Shown here piece by piece: positions 9,825-19,165 of a DNA stretch of 64,000 nucleotides. Each line of letters begins with the position of its first letter. Positions within the stretch are counted from its first letter, which is position 1. A program made the position numbers and the translations under genes. The stretch spans positions 4,128,001 through 4,192,000 of the forward strand of contig OZ253580.1 in the NCBI GenBank assembly GCA_965263035.1, in the 5' to 3' direction. This DNA is from Acidobacteriota bacterium. Lineage in GTDB: Bacteria; Acidobacteriota; UBA6911; RPQK01; JAJDTT01. The notes beneath the pieces were generated by a model. It made no database searches and was not told the origin of the DNA. It saw nothing but the letters and a program-made list of their open reading frames with translations.

Positions 9825-12011
9825 ATGAGACTCAAGTACTGCGCCGTCGTTTTGTTGTTGGCGGGCTGGGGTTGTTCGACGGCCCCCGCCCGGGTGGACG
9901 TTCTGGTGGGCAGCGCCGCGCCGGAACTGGAGCGCTTTGCGGCGCGGGAGCTCTGTGACTACTTGTCGAAGCTGTACGGAATCCAGGCCCACCCGAGCAG
10001 GCACGCCACTGCGGACGGAGAAGCGGTGTTTCTGATCGGTCGTCCTGAAACCAACGCAGCGGTGCGGCAGGCGCTCGGGGAGAGCGGGTTCGGGGAAACA
10101 ACGGATCAAGGCCTGGTGCTGAAGCGGACCCGGTGGGAAGGAACGCCGGCTCTGGTGGTGGGAGGCGGCAGTCCGCGGGCGACGTTGTGGGCCGTCTATG
10201 AGTTGGCGGAGCGCTGGGGCGTGCGCTACCTCACCGACCGGGACGCGTTGCCGCCGGAGGAGCGGGAATTCCAAGTCCCCGATCTGGACGTGCTGATGGA
10301 ACCGGTCTTCCGTATTCGAGCCCATCCCACCCTCCAGGATTTCGCTCCCAGCGGTGAAGCCTGGGGAATGGCCGATTTTCGGGTGCTGATCGACCAGCTC
10401 GCCAAGCTGAAGTTCACCCGGATGAACGTCTACCCATTCGGATACCAACCCTATCTCCAGTGGGAGCACAAGGGCATCCAGCGAAGGTCCGCCTCCCTCT
10501 GGTACGAACAACACTTTCCCATCACCCCCGACATGATCGGGAGGGAGCTGTTCGAAGACGCTGCCGAGTTCTGGAATCCGGATCTTCCTCTGGGGGGCAG
10601 TTACGACGATTTGATGGCTGCCGGCGAGCGGCAGGTCCACAACCTGATCGAGTACGCTCACCGGCGGGGGATGGAGTGCGACATCTTCGCACCGACGATC
10701 GATTTCCCCCCGGAATTCGCGCCCTTGCTGAAAGGAGCGGGGAGGTCCGGCCAGCTGACCGTACATCCTGGCTTCAACACTCCCATCGACGACTCCAGCC
10801 TCTCCGAGTTGTCCGCCGCCGTCCTACAGGCAACGGTCAACACCTACCCGGAAGTGGATCGCATCATGGTGGCGATGCCGGAGAAGCGCCAGTGGCTGGG
10901 GCAGTACGAACGGGCTTGGCGGGAGTTGGACGCCAAGTACGGGATCAGCCAGGTGCGCTCGCTCGACGACATCCTCGCCGCCGCCGAGAACCGCAAGGGA
11001 TCGAGGCGCTGGCCGGGAAAGCGGGGTCTGGACCAGGCCAAGGCCGACATCGCCTCTCTCTTCTTTTACGACCGGCTGCTCCTGGACGGTGGAGTGCTGA
11101 GGGACACTCAGCGGCCCGATATCCAGTTCGTTTACATGGAGCCGGCCGAGGAGTTGTATCCCCTTCTGGACCGGATTCTGCCCAGTGGATGGGAGGTGGG
11201 TGCGCACCCGGAAAACCAGCCGGAACATTTTCTGCCCCGCGCCGAAGTCCTGGGGACTCTCAACACGCGGAAGATCCCGGGGATCATGCACGTGACGCTG
11301 GACGACGACGTGGTCGGACTGGTGCCCCAACTCCGACCGACCGTTCTCCACGAATTCATGACCCAGCTCCGCCGGCACGGTTGGACCGGGTTTGCGGCTC
11401 GGGAGCGGTTTCCGGCCGATCATGACGCCGTGCTGGCCTATCTCGCCGAGGCGGGCTGGAACTCGGAGGCAGAGCCGGACGTCGTGGCCAGAGACCTGAT
11501 CCGTACGGTCTGCGGCGAGGCATCCGTCGAGGACATGCTGGCCGCCCTGCACCTGGTGGAGTCGGCCACCCTCAACCTGGCGACGAACAAGATCAATTTC
11601 TCCTTCTACGTGCCGGGAATGATGATGAAGTTCTGGAACGCGGAACCCAAGCCCGCTTATCTGGTCGAGCTGCAGCAGGACTATGTGCAGGCCTTGGAGG
11701 CGGCTCGCCGGGCCCTGGAGAAATCCCGTCCGGAAGGCCGTTGGTACCCCGATTTCTGGGTGGGACGGATAGAGTTCGCACTGGGCTACGCCAACGCGGT
11801 CGAGGCCATGGGCCGAGGCGCCACGGTCGAAGCCGCCGGGAAGCGCGCGGAAGCTGCGAAGCACGCCGATGAAGCCCTGAGCTTCCTGCGCGGCGGGCTG
11901 GAAGCGTACGTCCGGGTGGCTCGCAACCGCACCGATCTGGGGGCCATCGCGGTAATGAACGAGTTTGGCTACCGGGCCCTGCAACGCAAACGGACCGAAC
12001 TGGGCAATTGA
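9825..12011 (+). CDS. exported glycoside-hydrolase-like lipoprotein, paralog 4
   Basis: ATG after GGAGG; lipobox-like GWGC; family motifs conserved. Confidence 0.8.
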   Translation: MRLKYCAVVLLLAGWGCSTAPARVDVLVGSAAPELERFAARELCDYLSKLYGIQAHPSRHATADGEAVFLIGRPETNAAVRQALGESGFGETTDQGLVLKRTRWEGTPALVVGGGSPRATLWAVYELAERWGVRYLTDRDALPPEEREFQVPDLDVLMEPVFRIRAHPTLQDFAPSGEAWGMADFRVLIDQLAKLKFTRMNVYPFGYQPYLQWEHKGIQRRSASLWYEQHFPITPDMIGRELFEDAAEFWNPDLPLGGSYDDLMAAGERQVHNLIEYAHRRGMECDIFAPTIDFPPEFAPLLKGAGRSGQLTVHPGFNTPIDDSSLSELSAAVLQATVNTYPEVDRIMVAMPEKRQWLGQYERAWRELDAKYGISQVRSLDDILAAAENRKGSRRWPGKRGLDQAKADIASLFFYDRLLLDGGVLRDTQRPDIQFVYMEPAEELYPLLDRILPSGWEVGAHPENQPEHFLPRAEVLGTLNTRKIPGIMHVTLDDDVVGLVPQLRPTVLHEFMTQLRRHGWTGFAARERFPADHDAVLAYLAEAGWNSEAEPDVVARDLIRTVCGEASVEDMLAALHLVESATLNLATNKINFSFYVPGMMMKFWNAEPKPAYLVELQQDYVQALEAARRALEKSRPEGRWYPDFWVGRIEFALGYANAVEAMGRGATVEAAGKRAEAAKHADEALSFLRGGLEAYVRVARNRTDLGAIAVMNEFGYRALQRKRTELGN

Positions 12012-12023
12012 GGAGGCTGCGGG

Positions 12024-14285
12024 ATGAGAAGGGCATTTGGTCGGTGCAACGGTCTGTCGTTTCGGATCGCTCCCACCGTGCTGGCGGGTGCGGTCCTGAT
12101 CCTTGGTTTCGGGCCGGCCCCTTTGCCGGCCAAGGATTCCCCCGGCGTGGACGTGATCGTGGGCAGTGCGGCACCGGAGTTGGAGCGGTTCGCGGCGCAG
12201 GAGCTTTCCGACTACCTGGCGAAGCTCTACGGAATCCAAGCTCATCCCCACCGGGAGGTCTGCGCCGGCGCAGACGCCGTGTTTCTCATCGGCAGTCCTG
12301 AAACGAATTCGGCAGTCCGGCAGGCGCTGGGCGAGAGCGGTTTCGGGGAGGTCACGGATCAGGGCCTGGTCCTGAAAAGGACCCGCTGGGAAGAACGGCC
12401 GGGGCTGGTCGTCGGAGGCGGCAGCCCTCGGGCCACGTTGTGGGCGGTCTACGAGTTGGTGGAGCGTTGGGGAGTGCGCTACCTCACCGACCGGGACGTA
12501 CTGCCGGAGCGGGCGGAGGAATTCCAGTTGCCGGACCTGGACGTAACGATGGAGCCGGTCTTTCGCATTCGCGCGCACCCCACGATTCAGGATTTCGCCT
12601 GCAGCGGGGAAGCCTGGGGGATCGCCGATTTTCGGGTGCTGCTCAACCAGTTGTCCAAAATGAAGTTCAGCCGGGTCAACATCTACCCCTTCGGATATCA
12701 GCCCTACCTGCACTGGAAGTCCAAAGGGATCGAGCGCCGGTCCGCGTGGCTCTGGTACGACTACCACTACCCGATCACGCCGGACATGGTGGGCCGGGAA
12801 CTCTTCGGGGACTCCAAGAAGTTCTGGAACCCGGACCTGCCCGAGGACGGGAGCTACCAGGAACTCGTCGCCGCCGGCGAGCGGCAGGTCCACAACCTGA
12901 TCGAGCATGCTCACCGGCGCGGACTGGAAACCAACAACTATGCGGACATCACGCAGTTCCCTCCGGAATTCGCCCCCCTGCTGAAGGATGCTCAGAAGGT
13001 CCGGCAACTCGGTCAACTGATGGTGGTTCCGGGAGCCTCGACGCCGGTGGACGACCCCCGTTACCGCGATCTGTGCACCGCCGTGCTCAAGACGATCATC
13101 GAAACCTATCCGGAGACGGACCTGATCACCATCAGCATTCCCGAGTGGCGGCAGTGGACGGCAGTCTACGAGGACGCCTGGAACGTGCTGGATGCCAAAT
13201 ACGGCCTGAGCGGCATCCGCTCTCTCGCGGAAGTCCTGGACGCAGGGCGCAACCGCAAGTGGTTTCGGGGGCCGGAAGGCTGGAAGAAGTCCCTCGACGA
13301 GGTCAAGGGAGACCTGGCCAGTCTGGTGTTCTACGACGACCTCCTGGAAAGTCTGGGACCGCTGCAAGGCTCAACAGGCGCCCCCAAGCGAATCATGTTC
13401 TGGGGCATGGCGGAGGAACTGTGGCCCCTGTTGGGCAGGATTCTTCGGCCCGGCACCGAAGTCGGCCTGATGCCGGACAATTTCCAGACCCACGTCCTGA
13501 AGCGCCGGGAAATCTTCGGCACCTTCCCCACGACGGAGGTCGCGGGCGTTCTGCATCTCACGCTGGACGACGACAACGTCGGAGTGATGCCCCAGATTAC
13601 GATTTCGGCCGTCCATGAACTGGTCAAGGAACTCCGGAAGGGCTGGGCCGGCTTCGTCGCCCGCGAGCGCTTCCCCGCCGACCATGACTGGGTCCTGGCG
13701 TACCTTTCGAGAGCGGGTTGGGACGCCGAGGCGACGCCCGATGGCGTCGCTGCCGACTTCCTGCAGGGGGTCTGCGGTCAGGCCTGCGGTGTGGCTCTAC
13801 TGGAAGCCTTCCGGGAGGTCGAAGCGGCGACCACCGCCTTCGAGCAGAGCGACTATGGATTCGGATTCCCGGTCCCAGGCCTGATGATGAAGCATTGGAG
13901 ACGGCCGGGACCGATACCGGAATATGTTTCCCAAGTCCGGAATCACTACCAGAGTGGCCTGGACGCGGCGCGGCGAGCCCATCAGCAGGCCAAGGGTGCG
14001 GGGCGCTCGCTGGCGGCCTTCTGGATCGGAAGATTGGAGTTCGCGGTCGATTACGTCAACACCGTGGTAGCGGTTCGCCGAGCCGCGACGGCCGAGTCGT
14101 CCGGCCAAACGGAAGAGGCGTTGCGCGAGGTACAGGAAGCTCTCCGGACTCTGGGAAGTGCGCTGGAATCCTATGCCCGGGTTGCCCGCAACCGCACCGA
14201 TCTGGGAGTCATCGCCATCGTCAACGAGTACGGCTACCGGCCATTACTGGAGAAGAGCGCCGCTCTGGAGAGAATCGTGAATTGA
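12024..14285 (+). CDS. exported glycoside-hydrolase-like protein, paralog 5
   Basis: GAGGAGG RBS; signal peptide; family motifs conserved. Confidence 0.8.
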   Translation: MRRAFGRCNGLSFRIAPTVLAGAVLILGFGPAPLPAKDSPGVDVIVGSAAPELERFAAQELSDYLAKLYGIQAHPHREVCAGADAVFLIGSPETNSAVRQALGESGFGEVTDQGLVLKRTRWEERPGLVVGGGSPRATLWAVYELVERWGVRYLTDRDVLPERAEEFQLPDLDVTMEPVFRIRAHPTIQDFACSGEAWGIADFRVLLNQLSKMKFSRVNIYPFGYQPYLHWKSKGIERRSAWLWYDYHYPITPDMVGRELFGDSKKFWNPDLPEDGSYQELVAAGERQVHNLIEHAHRRGLETNNYADITQFPPEFAPLLKDAQKVRQLGQLMVVPGASTPVDDPRYRDLCTAVLKTIIETYPETDLITISIPEWRQWTAVYEDAWNVLDAKYGLSGIRSLAEVLDAGRNRKWFRGPEGWKKSLDEVKGDLASLVFYDDLLESLGPLQGSTGAPKRIMFWGMAEELWPLLGRILRPGTEVGLMPDNFQTHVLKRREIFGTFPTTEVAGVLHLTLDDDNVGVMPQITISAVHELVKELRKGWAGFVARERFPADHDWVLAYLSRAGWDAEATPDGVAADFLQGVCGQACGVALLEAFREVEAATTAFEQSDYGFGFPVPGLMMKHWRRPGPIPEYVSQVRNHYQSGLDAARRAHQQAKGAGRSLAAFWIGRLEFAVDYVNTVVAVRRAATAESSGQTEEALREVQEALRTLGSALESYARVARNRTDLGVIAIVNEYGYRPLLEKSAALERIVN

Positions 14286-14303
14286 TAATCCGTCCCACCG
14301 GCC

Positions 14304-14387
14304 GGGAGCGGCGGCTTTCTTGCCGCCGACTGGGAGCGGCGACTTTCTTGTCGCCGACTGGGAGCGGCGACTTTCTTGTCGCCGCAC
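14304..14387 (+). repeat. three tandem 28-bp GGAG-type REP-like hairpins
   Basis: GGGAGCGGCG(A/G)CTTTCTTG(T/C)CGCCGACT at 14304, 14332 and 14360 (third unit ends CAC), with no spacers. Confidence 0.8.
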
Positions 14388-14491
14388 TCCGGACTCACGT
14401 TCCGACGAGACGATGGCGCCGACGAAGCGATGACGAGTCCCTCCCCAAGGGACGGAATGAAGGTCTGCCATTCTGACGAGGAAAAAGCCAC

Positions 14492-15670
14492 ATGAAGATC
14501 ACAGACATCATTGCACACGTGATGGAGATCCCCGATCCGGATGGCCGGACTCCGCGCCGGAACTGGATCTTCGTCGAGATCCGCACCGATGAGGGTCTCA
14601 CCGGAATCGGAGAGGCGACCACCGAGTACTGCGAGCTCGCCGTCAAAGCCCAGATCGAGACGGAACTCCGGCCTCGGCTCCTGGGGATGAACCCTTTGGA
14701 AATCGGACGCATCTGGACCCTGGGCTTCCGCCATTTCTGGTGGAGAATGGGCGTCGTTCACACCAGCGCCATGAGCGGGATCGATCAGGCCCTGTGGGAC
14801 CTCAAAGGCAAGGCAACCGGTCTGCCCGTATACGAGTTGCTGGGAGGGCGTGTACGGGACCGGGTCCGTCTCTACGCCCGGATCCGCGACATCTTCGCCG
14901 AGGGGGAGGCCACCCTGGAGGAAGACATCCTCCAAGCCGTCGAAGAGGAAGGGTTCGACGCCTTCAAGTCCGGATTCGGCCCATTGACCCAGCCCTTCGA
15001 TGAAATCGAGCAGGTCAGAAGAGCCGTCGACGACTACCGCCGAATGAGAGATGCCGCGGGCCCGGACGTGGCGCTGATGTGCGATGCGGCCGGCGTCTAT
15101 TCTTCGACGGCGGCGGCCCGCCTGATTGAGGGTCTGAGGGAAGTCGACATCTTCTTCGTGGAGGAACCGACGAACCAGGACACGGTCAATCCCACACTCC
15201 AGTTGAAACGCGCCTATCCGGACGTGAAGATCGCCGTGGGAGAACGCCTCTTCACCCGTTGGGCATTCCGGGAGTGGTTCGAAAACCAGGCCATCGACGT
15301 CTGCCAAGCGGACATCTGCCACACGGGCGGGATCAGCGAGCTGATGAAGATCGCCCACTACGCGGAGGTGTACGGGATCCAGATCGCTCCCCACAATCCA
15401 TACGGTCCGGTGGCCCTGGCCGCCGCTGCCCACGCGGCCGCGGCCATGCCGAACTTCGTCCTGCTGGAGCACTGCCGGCTGCGCCCCTGGTTCGAGGACG
15501 TGCAGAAGGTCGCGGTCCCCATCGTCAGAGGCTACGTCGACCTGGACGAACTCGGAAAGCGGCCGGGACTCGGAGTGGAGCTCGACATGGAGATGATCAA
15601 GAACCGGCCCCACAGGCCGTTGGGCGCCAACCCCTTCGTCCTCAAGGACGGGTCTTCGCCTCTGGTCTAG
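14492..15670 (+). CDS. mandelate racemase/muconate lactonizing family enzyme (galactonate dehydratase-like)
   Basis: RNWIFVEIRTDEGLTGIGE, SGIDQALWDLKGK, EEP, GER, DICHTGGISE, APHNP. Confidence 0.88.
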   Translation: MKITDIIAHVMEIPDPDGRTPRRNWIFVEIRTDEGLTGIGEATTEYCELAVKAQIETELRPRLLGMNPLEIGRIWTLGFRHFWWRMGVVHTSAMSGIDQALWDLKGKATGLPVYELLGGRVRDRVRLYARIRDIFAEGEATLEEDILQAVEEEGFDAFKSGFGPLTQPFDEIEQVRRAVDDYRRMRDAAGPDVALMCDAAGVYSSTAAARLIEGLREVDIFFVEEPTNQDTVNPTLQLKRAYPDVKIAVGERLFTRWAFREWFENQAIDVCQADICHTGGISELMKIAHYAEVYGIQIAPHNPYGPVALAAAAHAAAAMPNFVLLEHCRLRPWFEDVQKVAVPIVRGYVDLDELGKRPGLGVELDMEMIKNRPHRPLGANPFVLKDGSSPLV

Positions 15671-15921
15671 CAGCTCTGTCTATACTCGGGGCCATCGATT
15701 CCGTGCAGAGCAACCCACACTCTGCCTGAGAGTTCCGGCCGGCGTCTTACGGCTACCGCCGGATCGAAAAGGCCTGTGAGAACGGGTGCGGGAGAATCTA
15801 CCAGCGGCTGGCGATATTGGAAGCCGTTCCTGGCCACCCAACCGGACATAGGCTGGGATGACGAATCCGGGAGAGAAACCAACTCCATGCGAACTGTTTT
15901 CCGGGCGGACACGAGTCTGAT

Positions 15922-16257
15922 TCAGAGGGTTGCACGCGTCTCGGCATGACGGCGGATCCGCGACCGGATCTTCTCGCCGTTCTCGACCAGTTCCTTCGAC
16001 AGTTCATAGGCCGACTGGGCATTCATCCAGAACTCGGGGGTCTGTCCGAAATACGCGCCCAACGCGATCGCCGTCTCCGCCGTCACGCCGCGCCGCTTGT
16101 GAACGATCTCATGAAGACGCGTTGCAGGAAGGCCGATGTCCCGGGCCACGCCGTTGACGCTCAGTCCCATCTCCCTGATCTGCTCAACCAGCAGGGCGCC
16201 GGGATGCGTGGCGATCCGATTCGTGGGCACATAAACCATTCTCTTGCCCCTTTCCAT
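15922..16257 (-). CDS. higA: HigA-family HTH antitoxin (orphan)
   Basis: HPGALL...RRGVTAETAIALGAYFGQTPEFWMNAQ signature; GGAGG RBS. Confidence 0.85.
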   Translation of the reverse strand: MERGKRMVYVPTNRIATHPGALLVEQIREMGLSVNGVARDIGLPATRLHEIVHKRRGVTAETAIALGAYFGQTPEFWMNAQSAYELSKELVENGEKIRSRIRRHAETRATL

Positions 16258-16296
16258 GGAAACCTCCTACCCGCCCTGTCTGATGAGGTGTCGGGG

Positions 16297-17265
16297 CTAA
16301 CAGGTGGCTGCCGAAAGCGTGTCGAGTTTTAGCCGCACCGAGTCGTCCAGCGTCCAACCGACCGAACCCAGGCTGTCGTCCAGATGGGCGATCGTATCCC
16401 CGCCGGTGATGGCCACGGTGACTTCGGGGTGTGAGAGCACCCAGGCGATGGCCAGTTGCGCCGGCGTCTTGCCCAATTCTTTCGCGAGATCGAGGACGGT
16501 GGAGACGACTTCGCCGGAAACCCCCTGCATGGCGGCGGGAAACCTTCTCCGGTACCCGGCCGTTGCCCAGAGGGACCCGGAGGGGGCAGGACGGCCCGGC
16601 GAATAGATTCCGCTGAGGAGCCCGATGGCCAGCGGACTGTAGACCATGACCCCCAATCCCTGATCTCTGACCAGTCCGAACATCTCCCGCTCCAGATCCC
16701 GGTTCAGCAGGTGGTAGGGGTTCTGAACGCAGATCCAGGGTGCCGCGTTGATTCGATCGGCGACCCACAGGGCCTTGCAGACCTGCCAAGCGGTGAAGTT
16801 ACAGCAGCCGGCGTACCGAACCTTGCCCGAACGCACCAGATCGTCCAAGGCGCGGACCGTCTCCTCGAGAGGCGTGGATTCATCGAAGACGTGAGCCAGG
16901 TAGACGTCGATGTGATCGGTACCCAGCCGGGTCAGGGAACGCTCCACCTCACGCAGGATGTGGCCCCTGGACAATCCCCGATCATTCGGTCCATCGCCGG
17001 TGGGGGAGGCCACCTTCGAGGTGATGACGACATCGTCCCGCTTTCCCTTGAGCGCCCTCCCGAGGATGACCTCGGACCGGCCCGCGCTCTCGCGCTGGTC
17101 CAGCGGGCCGTATGAATTCGAGCAATCGATCAGATTGATGCCCTGAGCGATGGCGTGCTCAATGGTCCCCTGCGCCTCCGCCTCGTCCGCCTGGCCCCGG
17201 AATCCCAGGCCCAAGGCCAATCGGCTGACCTTGATGCCGGCCTTTCCGAAGTTCACATATTCCAT
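16297..17265 (-). CDS. aldo/keto reductase
   Basis: MEYVNFGKAGIKVSRLALG, DCSNSYG, TSK, SLTRLGTDHIDVY, YSPLAIGLLSG. Confidence 0.9.
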   Translation of the reverse strand: MEYVNFGKAGIKVSRLALGLGFRGQADEAEAQGTIEHAIAQGINLIDCSNSYGPLDQRESAGRSEVILGRALKGKRDDVVITSKVASPTGDGPNDRGLSRGHILREVERSLTRLGTDHIDVYLAHVFDESTPLEETVRALDDLVRSGKVRYAGCCNFTAWQVCKALWVADRINAAPWICVQNPYHLLNRDLEREMFGLVRDQGLGVMVYSPLAIGLLSGIYSPGRPAPSGSLWATAGYRRRFPAAMQGVSGEVVSTVLDLAKELGKTPAQLAIAWVLSHPEVTVAITGGDTIAHLDDSLGSVGWTLDDSVRLKLDTLSAATC

Positions 17266-17508
17266 ACGTTCGGCCCCCTCCCGCTGGAACGTCCATGGAA
17301 CGGTGTCCCGGCGCCCAAGCCGCGATCCGAAACGCATCGACGGTCATCGTAATTCTACGATACTCCTGAGAACGGCTCGAAGCTGATCCGATCCGGACAT
17401 TCCCCTTTATCAAGGGGGAATCGACCCCTGCAAACCATCGACTTGGTTTCATCCCGAACCTCGTCATTCAGTGGTCTTGGTCGCAGTCGTAGAGAAGAAG
17501 GGAGAGAC

Positions 17509-18096
17509 TTACCCTACCTTCTTCATTTTCTTGGGCGTGCCCTGATCCGGCTCACGAAAGTAGGTCCTCGTCTGAAACGAAGCCTTGGCGTAGTTGGAAG
17601 AGCGCCTGGCGTATGAGGCGGCGTTGACCCGCATCCCGAGCGCCTTACCAGTCGCTCCAACGAAGGTCGCCTGATCTTGGTCAACACCCGCCGACATGAA
17701 CAAGAACTCCCACCCGGCCTTCTTTTTCTGGGACACCAGGGCGAGGCAGCTCTCCTGAGTATGCTCACGAGAAGCGTTCTCGTAGCCGTCGGTGTCAATC
17801 ATGACCATTACCCTGTCGCCATTGGAGGCGACAGATTCGGCGTGAGCAATAGACTTGGCGATGGCGTCGTACAGGGGCGTCATCGCTCCCGGGCGGTAGT
17901 CCTTCTCCTTCATGGGCTTCCACTTCTTGACCGATCCGCAAAAGATCTCGGTCCAGCGTTGACTGTCGAACTTGAACACTGTGAGCCGGGTCTTTTTGGG
18001 TAGTTGCTTGACGTACTCGTTCAGAGAGGTCACGACCCTGTGTTCCTGACCGCTCATGGACCCGGTCTCGTCAAGAGTTACGATTGCGTGGTTCAT
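17509..18096 (-). CDS. vWA (MIDAS) domain protein
   Basis: LDETGSM, TPLYDAI and TDGYENAS motifs; AGGAGG RBS. Confidence 0.85.
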   Translation of the reverse strand: MNHAIVTLDETGSMSGQEHRVVTSLNEYVKQLPKKTRLTVFKFDSQRWTEIFCGSVKKWKPMKEKDYRPGAMTPLYDAIAKSIAHAESVASNGDRVMVMIDTDGYENASREHTQESCLALVSQKKKAGWEFLFMSAGVDQDQATFVGATGKALGMRVNAASYARRSSNYAKASFQTRTYFREPDQGTPKKMKKVG

Positions 18097-18155
18097 TATT
18101 CCTCCTTGAGTTGAGTTTCTTCCTCGTCACGGGGATGAGGTCTCCCTGTCCTGTG

Positions 18156-19070
18156 TCAGATCTTCCTGCCGTTCCGCATCCAGAAGCTGCCGTGCGCGAG
18201 CATTCCTTCGAACCTCAACGCTTGGCCGATCCTCTTCTCGTCGCGGACCCGAAGCTCGGTTCCGAGTCCGACGCCCGGGACCTCCTCCGATTCCATGGCG
18301 CCGAAGCGCCGGATCACCCACAACGCTCGGTCGACCGAAGTGGGACCGGGTTTGTTGGGGGTTTCCAGCAGGTGCGATCGGATGAGGGCTCCCCAGTGCT
18401 CTGCCAGTAGACTGCGGGCGCCGAAGAGTTCGACAGCCGTCACCCAAGGGCCATGGGAGACGGCGATCCCGCACTGCCGAGGAAGCGGCCCAAGCTCCGC
18501 CAGCTCTTGGGCAGCCTCGGCGCGGCTCGTGTCGTGACGATAGACCTGCTTGGCGCTGTCGGCAGCTGCGACGGTGCCGGAATGCGCTTGGTGCAATCGC
18601 ATCTCGTCGTGGACTTCGCTCCAGACTGCATCTTGATCGCCGCGGCGCGAGCGGCTCTGTTCCATGGACGAGTGAACGCCCTCTTGGCTCCTTCTGCGGA
18701 CCCCCGGCGAAGCGTGCAAATCGTCGCGGTAGTAGGACCGGGCGCGGCCCCACCGCCCCTCCTCCAGGCACGAAACGGGGATCTTGAGTTCGGTCCTGGG
18801 GGGAACCAGGATGGTGATGTTGACGGCACGGTTCTGCTTGCCTCCCAGGAAGTGCTCGCCCTCGATGATGAGAACCGGCGTGTCTGTCGGGTTGACCGCC
18901 AACAGGGACCCCACCGCCGCGTCTTCGAGCTCGCGAACGTCGAGTTCCGAGGAGGGTCCCGTGTTGATCTCCGGTAATTCATTTTCCGGCAGGTAGATGG
19001 GAAAGAAAGAAACGCCAAGCCGGGTTATGGGTGAGCCGATCGCGGCGGTCGAAAGGTGTGGAATCATCAT
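18156..19070 (-). CDS. ARPP-1 (DUF6569-like) domain protein
   Basis: VLIIEGEHFLGGKQNRAVNITILVP...IPVSCLEEGRW and DQDAVW match the ARPP-1 family pattern; GGAG RBS before ATG 19070. Confidence 0.75.
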   Translation of the reverse strand: MMIPHLSTAAIGSPITRLGVSFFPIYLPENELPEINTGPSSELDVRELEDAAVGSLLAVNPTDTPVLIIEGEHFLGGKQNRAVNITILVPPRTELKIPVSCLEEGRWGRARSYYRDDLHASPGVRRRSQEGVHSSMEQSRSRRGDQDAVWSEVHDEMRLHQAHSGTVAAADSAKQVYRHDTSRAEAAQELAELGPLPRQCGIAVSHGPWVTAVELFGARSLLAEHWGALIRSHLLETPNKPGPTSVDRALWVIRRFGAMESEEVPGVGLGTELRVRDEKRIGQALRFEGMLAHGSFWMRNGRKI

Positions 19071-19100
19071 AATGCTCTCCTCGAAGTTGGGTTCCAAATG

Positions 19101-19145
19101 TTATTGTCATATATACAATAATAGATATTGTAGTATTGTCAATAA
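19101..19145. promoter_or_regulatory. two tandem 21-bp NrtR operator palindromes
   Basis: TTATTGT-CATATAT-ACAATAA (19101-19121, perfect arms, GT-N7-AC core) and ATATTGT-AGTATTG-TCAATAA (19125-19145), in the AT-rich divergent promoter next to nrtR. Confidence 0.8.
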
Positions 19146-19165
19146 GCCGGTACAATTTTCTTGAA

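Noticed and set aside
279-13367. Very long minus-strand ORFs (837, 723, 682 and 847 aa) opposite the GH-like genes, and similar shadows elsewhere
   Set aside because: Antisense shadows expected from high-GC codon bias; no motifs or RBS
14304-14387. Possible CRISPR array
   Set aside because: The repeats abut with no spacers, and no cas genes are present
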